Below, in pieces: positions 45,227-57,510 of a stretch of 64,000 nt of DNA. This DNA is from the human T2T-CHM13v2.0 reference genome, Homo sapiens. The translations under genes were made by a program, and so were the position numbers. Numbering within the stretch: the first letter of the stretch is position 1; each line of letters starts with the position of its first letter. The notes under the pieces are model-generated. The model searched no databases. It was not told the origin of the DNA and saw only the letters and a program-made list of their open reading frames with translations. The stretch lies in assembly GCF_009914755.1 (NCBI RefSeq), contig NC_060933.1; one strand, given 5' to 3'.

Positions 45227-48200
45227 CATTCCATTCCATTCCATTCCATTCCATTCCTTTCAATTCCATTGCACACGGGTTGGTTCCATTCCATTCCTTT
45301 CCGTTCCATTCCGGATGACTCCATTCCATTGCATTCCATTCCATTCCATTCCCCTGCACTCGGGTTCATTACCTTCCATTCCATTTACTTCCATTCCATT
45401 GCATTCCATTCTATTCGGGTTAATTCCATTCCATTCCATTGCATTCCATTGCATTGCATTCCATTCCATTCCATTCCATGCCATTCCATTCCATTCCATT
45501 GCAATCGAGTTGATTCCATTCCATTCCATTCAATTCCGGATGATTCCATTCCATTGCCTTCAATTCCATTCCATTCCCCTGCACTCGGTTTGATTCCATT
45601 CCATTCCATTCCATTCCATTCCATTCCATTCCATTCCATTCCATTTCGTTCCATTCCATTCTATTCCGTACCATTCCATTCTATTCCATTCCATTCCATT
45701 CCACTCCACTCCATGCCATTCCACTCGGGTTTATTCCATTCCTTTCCATTCCATTCGGGTTGAATCCATTCCATTCCATTCGATTCCATTACATTGCACT
45801 CGGGTTGATTCCATTGCATTCCATTCCATTACATTCCATTGCATTCCATTCCATTCCATTCCCCTGCACTCAGGTTGATTCCATTCGATTCCTTTCCATT
45901 CCATTCCATTCGGGTTGTTTCCATTCCATTCCATTCCATTCCACTCCATTCCATTGCAATCGGGTTGATTCCATTCCATTCCATTGCATTCCATTCCATT
46001 CCATTCCATTCCGTATGATTCCATTCCATTGCATTCCATTCCATTCCATTCCCCTGCACTCGGTTGGATTACATTCTATTCCATTCCATTCCATTCCATT
46101 CCATTCCATTCCATTCCATTCTATTCGGGTTAATTTCATTCCATTCCATTCCATTCCCTTCCATTCCATTCCATTCCATTCCATTCCATTGAAATCGAGT
46201 TGATTCCATTCCATTCCATTCCATTCCATTCCATTCCATTCTATTCGGGTTAATTCCATTCCATTCCATTCCATTCCATTCCCTTCTATTCCATTCCATT
46301 CCATTCCATTCCATTCTATTAGGGTTAATTCCATTCCATTCCATTCCATTCCATTCCATTCCATTCCACTCCATTCCATGCCATTCCACTCGTTTTTATT
46401 CCATTCCTTTCCATTCCATTTGGGTTGAATCCATTCCATTCCATTCCATTCCATTCCATTCCATTCCATTCCATTCCATTCCATGCCATTGCACTCGGGT
46501 TGATTCCATTCCTTTCCATTCCATTCGAATTGAACCCATTCCATTCCATTCCATTCCATTCCATTCCATTCCATTCCATTGCTCACGGGTTCATTCCATT
46601 CCATTCCATTCCATTCCATTCCATTCCATTTCGTTCCGTTCCATTCTACTCCGTACCATTCCATTCCATTCCATTCCCTTCCATGCCATTTCACTCGGGT
46701 TTATTCCATTCCTTTCCATTCCATTCGGGTTGAATCCATTCCAATCCATTCCATTCCATTCCATTCCATTGCTCACGGGTTCATTCCATTCCATTCCATT
46801 CCATTCCATTCCATTCCATTTCGTTCCATTCCATTCTACTCCGTACCATTCCATTCCATTCCATTCCCTTCCATGCCATTTCACTCGGGTTTATTCCATT
46901 CCTTTCCATTCCATTCGGGTTGAATCCATTCCATTCCATTCCATTCCATTCCATTCCATTCCATTGCGCTCGGGTTGATTCCATTCCATTCTATGCCATT
47001 CCATTTCATTCCATTCCATTCCATTCCATTCCATTCCATTCCATTCCATTCCTTTCCTTTCAATTCCATTCCATTACATTCGGATTGATTCTTTTTAATT
47101 CCCTTACACTCCATTCCATTCCATTCCATTCGGGTACTTTCCATTCCATTCCATTCCATTCCACTGCATTCTATTGCACTCGCGTTGATTGATTCCATTC
47201 CATTGCATTCCATTCCATTCCATTCCATTCCATTCCATACCATTCCATTCCATTCTGTTCAGGTTAATTCCATTCCATTCCATTCCCTTCCATTCCATTC
47301 CATTCCATTCCATCCCATTGCAATCGAGGTGATTCCATTGCATTCCATTCCATTCCATTCCATTGCACTCCATTCCATTCCATTCCCCTGCACTCAGATT
47401 GATTCCATTCCATTCCTTTCCATTCCATTCCTTTCCATTCCTTTCCATTCCATTCTATTTGCGTTAATTCCGTTCCATTCCATTCCATTACATTCCTTTG
47501 CAATCGAGTTGATTCCATTCCATTCCGTTCCATTCCATTCCATTCCATTCCATTCCATGCCATTCCACTCGGGTTGGTTCCATTCCTTTCCATTCCATTC
47601 GAGTTGAATCCATTCCATTCCATTCCATTCCATTCCATTCCATTCCATTCCATTGCTCACGTGTTCATTCCATTCCATTCCATTTCGTTCCATTCCATTC
47701 TTTTCCGTAGTATTCCATTCCATTCCATTCCAATCCATTCCATGCCATTCCACTCGGGTTTATTCCATTCCTTTCCATTCCATTCGGGTAGAATTCATTC
47801 CATTCCATTCCATTCCATTCCATTCAATTCCATTACATTGCACTCGGGTTGATTCCATTCCATTCCATTCCATTCCATTTCAATCCATTCCCTTCCATTC
47901 CATTTCATTCCATTCCATTCCATTCCATTCCATTCCATTCCATTCCATTCCATTCCTTTCCATTCCATTCCATGCCATTCCACTCGGGTTGATTCCATTC
48001 CTTTCCATTCCATTCTAGTTGAACCCATTCCATTCCATTCCATTCCATTCCATTCCATTCCATTCCATTCCATTGCACACGGGTTCATTCCATTCCATTC
48101 CATTCCATTCCATTCCATTCCATTCCATTTCGTTCAATTCCATTCTATTCCTTACCATTCCATTCCATTCCATTCCCTTCCATGCCATTTCACTCGGGTT

Positions 48201-49984
48201 TATTCCATTCCTTTCCATTCCATTCGGGTTGAATCCATTCCATTCCATTCCATTCCATTCCATTGAACTCAGGTTGATTCCATTCCATTCCATGCCATTC
48301 CATTTCATTCCATTCCATTCCATTCCATTCCATTCCGTTCCCTTCCATTCCATTACATTCGGATTGATTCTTTTTAATTCCCTTACACTCCATTACATTC
48401 CTTTCCATTCGGGTACTTTCCATTCCATTCCATTCCATTCCACTGCATTCTATTGCACTCGGGTTGATTGATTCCATTCCATTGCATTCCATTCCATTCC
48501 ATTCCCCTGCACTCGGGTTGATCCCATTCCATTGCATTCCATTCCATTCCATTCCATTCCATTCCGTTCCATTCCATTCCATTCTATTCTCTTCAGCTTA
48601 ATTCCATTCCATTCCATTCCCTTCCATTCCGTTCCATTCCATTCCATTCCATTCTGTTCAGGTTAATTCCATTCCATTCCATTCCCTTCCATTCCATTCC
48701 ATTCCATTCCATTGCAATCTAGTTGATTCCATTGCATTCCATTCCATTCCATTCCATTCCATTCCATTGCATTCCATTCCATTCCATTCCCCTGCACTCA
48801 GATTGATTCCATTCCATCCCATTCCATTCCATTCCGTTCCATTACATTCCATTCCATTCTATTCGCGTTAATTCCATTCCATTCCATTCCATTACATTGC
48901 ATTGCAATCGAGTTGATTCCATTCCATTCCGTTCCATTCCATTCCATTCCATTCCATTTCATTCCATTCCATTCTATTCTGTACCATTCCATTCCATTCC
49001 ATTCCATTCCATTCCATTCCATGCCATTCCACTCGGGTTGATTCCATTGTTTTCCATTCCTTTTGGGTTGGAACCAATCCATTTCATTCCATTCCATTCC
49101 ATTCCATTCCATTTCATTCCATTCCATTCCATTCCATTCCATTGCACTAGGTTTGATTCCATTCCACTACATTCCATTCCATTCCATTCCGTTCCATTCC
49201 ATTCCATTACATTCGGATTGATTGTATTCAATTCCCTTACACTCCATGACATTCCATTCCATTCGGGTTGTTTCCATTCCATTACATTCCATTCCACTCC
49301 ATTCCATTGCACTCAGGTTGATTCCATTCCATTCCATTCCATTCCATTCCATTACTTTCCATTCCATTCTATTCCGTACCATTCCATTCCATTCCATTCC
49401 ATTCCATTCCATGCGATTCCACTCAGGTTTATTCCATTCCTTTCCATTCCATTCGGGTTGAATCCATTCCATTCCATTCCATTCCATTCCATTCCATTCC
49501 ATTCCATTCCATTCCTTTGCACTCGGGTTGATTCCATTCCATTCCCTGCCATTCCATTTCATTCCATTCCATTCCATTCCATTCCATTCCATTCCATTCC
49601 ATTCCATTCCACTGCATTCTATTGCACTCGGGTTGATTGATTCCATTCCATTGCATTCCATTCCATTCCATTCCATTCCATTCCATTCTGTTCAGGTTAA
49701 TTCCATTCCATTCCATTCCCTTCCATTCCATTCCATTCCATTCCATCCCATTGCAATCGAGGTGATTCCATTGCATTCCATTCCATTCCATTCCATTGCA
49801 TTCCATTCCATTGCATTCCCCTGCACTCAGATTGATTCCATTCCATTTCTTTCCATTCCATTCCGTTCCATTCCTTTCCATTCCATTCTATTTGCGTTAA
49901 TTCCGTTCCATTCCATTCCATTACATTCCTTTGCAATCGAGTTGATTCCATTCCATTCCGTTCCATTCCATTCCATTCCATTCC
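42260..49984 (+). repeat. ~7.7-kb tandem duplication, copy 1
   Basis: Offsets are ~7700-7722 for the first part (42310->50032, 44969->52671) and ~7407-7422 for the remainder (45731->53143, 47185->54607, 48897->56304, 49827->57234). Confidence 0.88.
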
Positions 49985-52900
49985 ATGCCATTCCACTCGG
50001 GTTGATTCCATTCCTTTCCATTCCATTCTAGTTGAATCCATTCCATTGCATTCCATTCCATTCGATTCCATTCAATTGCACACGGGTTCATTCCATTCCA
50101 TTCCATTCCATTCCATTCCATTCCGTTCCATTCCATTCCATTTCGTTCCATTCCATTCTATTCCGTACCATTCCCTTCCATTCCATTCCATTCCACTCCG
50201 TTCCATGCCATTCCACTCGGGTTTATTCCATTCCTTTCCATTCCATTCGGGTTGAATCCATTCCATTCCATTCCATTCCATTCCATTCCATTCCATTCCT
50301 TTCCAATCCATGCCATTCCACTCGGGTTGATTCCATTCCTTTCCATTCCATTCGAGTTGAACAAATTCCATTCCATTCCATTCCATTCCATTCCATTCCA
50401 TTGCTCACGGGTTCATTCCATTCCATTCCATTCCATTCCATTCCATTTCGTTCCATTCCATTCTACTCCGTACCATTCCATTCCATTCCATTCCCTTCCA
50501 TGCCATTTCACTCGGGATTATTCCTTTCCTTTCCATTCCATTCGGGTTGAATCCATTCCATTCCATTCCTTTGCATTCCATTCCATTCCATTCCCCTGTA
50601 ATCGGGTGGATTCCATTCTATTACATTCCATTCCATTCCATTCCATTCCATCCCATTCCATTCCATTTCGTTCCATTCCATTCTATTCCGTACCTTTCCA
50701 TTCCATTCCATTCCATTCCATTCCATGCCATTCCACTCGGGTTGATTCCATTGCTTTCCATTCCATTTGGGTTGAATCTAATCCATTCCATTCCATTCCA
50801 TTCCATTCCATTCCATTTCATTCCATTGCACTAGGTTTGATTCCATTTCACTGCATTCCATTCCATTCCATTCCATTAAATTCCATTCCACTCGGGTTGA
50901 TTCCATTCCTTTACATTCCATTCGTGTTGAATCCATTCCATTCCATTCCATTACTTTCGATTCCATTCCATTGCACTCGGGTTGAACCCATTCCATTGGA
51001 TTCCATTCCATTCCATTGCATTCCATTCCGTTCCATTCCATTCCATTACATTCGTATTGATTCTATTCAATTCCCTTACACTCCATTCCATTCCATTCCA
51101 TTCCATTCGGGTTGTTTCCATTCCATTCCATTCCATTCCACTCCATTCCATTGCAATCCGGTTGATTCCATTCCATTCCATTCCATTCCATTCCGTATGA
51201 TTCCATTCCATTGCATTCCATTCCATTCCATTCCCCTGCACTCGGGTGGATTCCATTCTATTCCATTCCATTCCATTCCACTCTATTCCATTCCATTCCA
51301 TTCCATTCCATTCCATTCCATTCCATTCTATTCGGGTTAATTTCATTCCATTCCATTCCATTCCATTCCATTCCATTCCATTCCATTGAAATCGAGTTGA
51401 TTCCTTTTCATTCCATTCCATTCCATTCCATTCCATTCCATTCCATTGCATTCTATTCCGGTTAATTCCATTCCATTCCATTCCATTCCATTCCCTTCCA
51501 TTCCATTCCATTCCATTCTATTAGGGTTAATTCCATTCCATTCCATTCCATTACATTCCATTGCAATCGAGTTGATTCCATTCCATTCCATTCCATTCCA
51601 TTCAATTCCGGATGATTGCATTCCATTGCCTTCCATTCCATTCCATTCACCTGCACTCGGGTTGATTCCATTCCATTCCTTTCCATTCCATTCCATTCCA
51701 TTCCATTCTATTAGGGTTAATTCCATTCCATTCCATTCCATTACATTCCATTGCAATCGAGTTGATTCCATTGCATTCCATTCCATTCCATTCAATTCCG
51801 GATGATTGCATTCCATTGCCTTCCATTCCATTCCATTCACCTGCACTCGGGTTGATTCCATTCCATTCCTTTCCATTCCATTCCATTCCATTCCATTCCA
51901 TTCCATTCCATTCCATTTCGTTTCATTCCGTTCTATTCCGTACCATTCCATTCCATTCCATTCCATTTCATTCCATTCCATTCCATGCCATTCCACTCGG
52001 GTTGATTCCATTCCTTTCCATTCCATTCGACTTGAATCCATTCCATTCCATTCCATTCCATTCGATTCCATTCCATTGCACACTGGTTCATTCCATGCCA
52101 TTCCATTCCTTTCCATTCCATTCCATTGCACACGGGTTCATTCCATTCCATTCCATTCCATTACATTACATTCCATTTCGTTCCATTCCATTCTATTCCG
52201 TACCATTCCATTCCATTCCATTCCATTCCATGCCATTCCATTCCACTCCATTCCATGCCATTCCACTCGGGTTTATTCCATTCCTTTCCATTCCATTCGG
52301 GTTGAATCCATTCCATTCCATTCCATTCCATTCCATTCAATTCCATTACATAGCACTCGGGTTGATTCCATTGCATTCCATTCCATTCCATTGCATTCCA
52401 TTCCATTCCATTCCATTCCATTGCATTCCATTCAATGCCATTCCACTCGGGTTGATTCCATTCCTTTCCATTCCATTCGAGTTGAACCCATTCCATTCCA
52501 TTCCATTCCATTCCATTCCATTGCAATCGAATTGATTCCATTCCATTCCATTCCATTCCATTCCATTCCATTCAATTCCATTCCATTGCACTAGGTTTGA
52601 TTCCATTCCACTGCATTCCATTCCATTCCATTCCATTCCGTTCCATTCCATTCCATTACATTCGGTTTGATTGTATTCAATTCCCTTACACTCCATTTCA
52701 TTCCATTCCATTCAGGTTGTTTCCATTCCATTCCAATCCATTCCACTCCATTCCATTGCACTCGGGTTGATTGCATTCCATTCCATTCCATTCTACTCCA
52801 TTTCGTTCCATTCCATTCTATTCGGTAGCATTCCATTCCATTCCATTCCAATCCATTCCATTCCATGCCATTCCACTTGGGTTGATTCCCTTCCTTTCCA

Positions 52901-55900
52901 TTCCATTCGGGTTGAATCCATTCCATTCCATTCCATTCCATTCCATTCCATTCCATTCCATTCCATTCCATTCAATTCCATTCCATTGCACTAGGTTTGA
53001 TTCCATTCCACTGCATTCCATTCCATTCCATTCCATTCCGTTCCATTCCATTCCATTTCGTTCCATTCCATTCTATTCCGTACCATTCCATTCTATTCCA
53101 TTCCATTCCATTCCACTCCACTCCATGCCATTCCACTCGGGTTTATTCCATTCCTTTCCATTCCATTCGGGTTGAATCCATTCCATTCCATTCGATTCCA
53201 TTACATTGCACTCGGGTTGATTCCATTGCATTCCATTCCATTACATTCCATTGCATTCCATTCCATTCCATTCCCCTGCACTCAGGTTGATTCCATTCGA
53301 TTCCTTTCCATTCCATTCCATTCGGGTTGTTTCCATTCCATTCCATTCCATTCCACTCCATTCCATTGCAATCGGGTTGATTCCATTCCATTCCATTGCA
53401 TTCCATTCCATTCCATTCCATTCCGTATGATTCCATTCCATTGCATTCCATTCCATTCCATTCCCCTGCACTCGGTTGGATTACATTCTATTCCATTCCA
53501 TTCCATTCCATTCCATTCCATTCCATTCTATTCGGGTTAATTTCATTCCATTCCATTCCATTCCCTTCCATTCCATTCCATTCCATTCCATTCCATTGAA
53601 ATCGAGTTGATTCCATTCCATTCCATTCCATTCCATTCCATTCCATTCTATTCGGGTTAATTCCATTCCATTCCATTCCATTCCATTCCCTTCTATTCCA
53701 TTCCATTCCATTCCATTCCATTCTATTAGGGTTAATTCCATTCCATTCCATTCCATTCCATTCCATTCCATTCCATTCCACTCCATTCCATGCCATTCCA
53801 CTCGTTTTTATTCCATTCCTTTCCATTCCATTTGGGTTGAATCCATTCCATTCCATTCCATTCCATTCCATTCCATTCCATTCCATTCCATTCCATGCCA
53901 TTGCACTCGGGTTGATTCCATTCCTTTCCATTCCATTCGAATTGAACCCATTCCATTCCATTCCATTCCATTCCATTCCATTCCATTCCATTGCTCACGG
54001 GTTCATTATATTCCATTCCATTCCATTCCATTCCATTCCATTCCATTTCGTTCCGTTCCATTCTACTCCGTACCATTCCATTCCATTCCATTCCCTTCCA
54101 TGCCATTTCACTCGGGTTTATTCCATTCCTTTCCATTCCATTCGGGTTGAATCCATTCCAATCCATTCCATTCCATTCCATTCCATTGCTCACGGGTTCA
54201 TTCCATTCCATTCCATTCCATTCCATTCCATTCCATTTCGTTCCATTCCATTCTACTCCGTACCATTCCATTCCATTCCATTCCCTTCCATGCCATTTCA
54301 CTCGGGTTTATTCCATTCCTTTCCATTCCATTCGGGTTGAATCCATTCCATTCCATTCCATTCCATTCCATTCCATTCCATTGCGCTCGGGTTGATTCCA
54401 TTCCATTCTATGCCATTCCATTTCATTCCATTCCATTCCATTCCATTCCATTCCATTCCATTCCATTCCATTCCTTTCCTTTCAATTCCATTCCATTACA
54501 TTCGGATTGATTCTTTTTAATTCCCTTACACTCCATTCCATTCCATTCCATTCGGGTACTTTCCATTCCATTCCATTCCATTCCACTGCATTCTATTGCA
54601 CTCGCGTTGATTGATTCCATTCCATTGCATTCCATTCCATTCCATTCCATTCCATTCCATACCATTCCATTCCATTCTGTTCAGGTTAATTCCATTCCAT
54701 TCCATTCCCTTCCATTCCATTCCATTCCATTCCATCCCATTGCAATCGAGGTGATTCCATTGCATTCCATTCCATTCCATTCCATTGCACTCCATTCCAT
54801 TCCATTCCCCTGCACTCAGATTGATTCCATTCCATTCCTTTCCATTCCATTCCTTTCCATTCCTTTCCATTCCATTCTATTTGCGTTAATTCCGTTCCAT
54901 TCCATTCCATTACATTCCTTTGCAATCGAGTTGATTCCATTCCATTCCGTTCCATTCCATTCCATTCCATTCCATTCCATGCCATTCCACTCGGGTTGGT
55001 TCCATTCCTTTCCATTCCATTCGAGTTGAATCCATTCCATTCCATTCCATTCCATTCCATTCCATTGCTCACGTGTTCATTCCATTCCATTCCATTTCGT
55101 TCCATTCCATTCTCTTCCGTAGTATTCCATTCCATTCCATTCCAATCCATTCCATGCCATTCCACTCGGGTTTATTCCATTCCTTTCCATTCCATTCGGG
55201 TAGAATTCATTCCATTCCATTCCATTCCATTCCATTCAATTCCATTACATTGCACTCGGGTTGATTCCATTCCATTCCATTCCATTCCATTTCAATCCAT
55301 TCCCTTCCATTCCATTTCATTCCATTCCATTCCATTCCATTCCATTCCATTCCATTCCATTCCATTCCTTTCCATTCCATTCCATGCCATTCCACTCGGG
55401 TTGATTCCATTCCTTTCCATTCCATTCTAGTTGAACCCATTCCATTCCATTCCATTCCATTCCATTCCATTCCATTCCATTGCACACGGGTTCATTCCAT
55501 TCCATTCCATTCCATTCCATTCCATTCCATTCCATTCCATTTCGTTCCATTCCATTCTATTCCTTACCATTCCATTCCATTCCATTCCCTTCCATGCCAT
55601 TTCACTCGGGTTTATTCCATTCCTTTCCATTCCATTCGGGTTGAATCCATTCCATTCCATTCCATTCCATTCCATTGAACTCAGGTTGATTCCATTCCAT
55701 TCCATGCCATTCCATTTCATTCCATTCCATTCCATTCCATTCCGTTCCCTTCCATTCCATTACATTCGGATTGATTCTTTTTAATTCCCTTACACTCCAT
55801 TACATTCCTTTCCATTCGGGTACTTTCCATTCCATTCCATTCCATTCCACTGCATTCTATTGCACTCGGGTTGATTGATTCCATTCCATTGCATTCCATT

Positions 55901-57442
55901 CCATTCCATTCCCCTGCACTCGGGTTGATCCCATTCCATTGCATTCCATTCCATTCCATTCCATTCCGTTCCATTCCATTCCATTCTATTCTCTTCAGCT
56001 TAATTCCATTCCATTCCATTCCCTTCCATTCCGTTCCATTCCATTCCATTCCATTCTGTTCAGGTTAATTCCATTCCATTCCATTCCCTTCCATTCCATT
56101 CCATTCCATTCCATCCCATTGCAATCTAGTTGATTCCATTGCATTCCATTCCATTCCATTCCATTCCATTACATTGCATTCCATTCCATTCCATTCCCCT
56201 GCACTCAGATTGATTCCATTCCATCCCATTCCATTCCATTCCGTTCCATTACATTCCATTCCATTCTATTCGCGTTAATTCCATTCCATTCCATTCCATT
56301 ACATTGCATTGCAATCGAGTTGATTCCATTCCATTCCGTTCCATTCCATTCCATTCCATTCCATTTCATTCCATTCCATTCTATTCTGTACCATTCCATT
56401 CCATTCCATTCCATTCCATTCCATTCCATGCCATTCCACTCGGGTTGATTCCATTGTTTTCCATTCCATTTGGGTTGGAACCAATCCATTCCATTCCATT
56501 CCATTCCATTCCATTCCATTTCATTCCATTCCATTCCATTCCATTCCATTGCACTAGGTTTGATTCCATTCCACTACATTCCATTCCATTCCATTCCGTT
56601 CCATTCCATTCCATTACATTCGGATTGATTGTATTCAATTCCCTTACACTCCATGACATTCCATTCCATTCGGGTTGTTTCCATTCCATTACATTCCATT
56701 CCACTCCATTCCATTGCACTCAGGTTGATTCCATTCCATTCCATTCCATTCCATTCCATTACTTTCCATTCCATTCTATTCCGTACCATTCCATTCCATT
56801 CCATTCCATTCCATTCCATGCGATTCCACTCAGGTTTATTCCATTCCTTTCCATTCCATTCGGGTTGAATCCATTCCATTCCATTCCATTCCATTCCATT
56901 CCATTCCATTCCATTCCTTTGCACTCGGGTTGATTCCATTCCATTCCCTGCCATTCCATTTCATTCCATTCCATTCCATTCCATTCCATTCCATTCCATT
57001 CCATTCCATTCCACTGCATTCTATTGCACTCGGGTTGATTGATTCCATTCCATTGCATTCCATTCCATTCCATTCCATTCCATTCCATTCCATTCTGTTC
57101 AGGTTAATTCCATTCCATTCCATTCCCTTCCATTCCATTCCATTCCATTCCATCCCATTGAAATCGAGGTGATTCCATTGCATTCCATTCCATTCCATTC
57201 CATTGCATTCCATTCCATTGCATTCCCCTGCACTCAGATTGATTCCATTCCATTTCTTTCCATTCCATTCCGTTCCATTCCTTTCCATTCCATTCTATTT
57301 GCGTTAATTCCGTTCCATTCCATTCCATTACATTCCTTTGCAATCGAGTTGATTCCATTCCATTCCGTTCCATTCCATTCCATTCCATTCCATGCCATTC
57401 CACTCGGGTTGATTCCATTCCTTTCCATTCCATTCTAGTTGA
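49985..57442 (+). repeat. ~7.4-kb tandem duplication, copy 2 (internal replacement near 52.97-53.05 kb)
   Basis: Shares private variants with copy 1: GCGCTCGGG (~46966/54383), GCTCACGTGTTC (~47655/55067), CTCTTCAGCTTAA (~48589/55991) and CATGCGATTCC (~49410/56817). Confidence 0.88.
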
Positions 57443-57480
57443 ACCCATTCCATTCCATTCCATTCCATTCCATTCCATTC

Positions 57481-57510
57481 CATTGCACACGGAATGGAAT
57501 GGAATGGAAA
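57481..57510. other. Strand-switch (inversion) junction within the satellite
   Basis: The junction reads cattgcacac|ggaatggaatggaatggaaa. The forward module GCACACGGGTTC is truncated, the GG at 57491-57492 fits both sides, and there is no foreign insert. Confidence 0.95.

Larger units (their letters stand above)
1..57490 (+). repeat. Satellite III (HSat3) array, C-rich (CATTC)n strand on +
   Basis: Seen: a continuous (CATTC)n pentamer with diverged units and a recurrent CACTCGGGTTGATTCC spacer (e.g. 1-16). Established: (ATTCC)n interspersed with A(C/T)TCGGGTTG is the classical Satellite III consensus. Confidence 0.97.
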
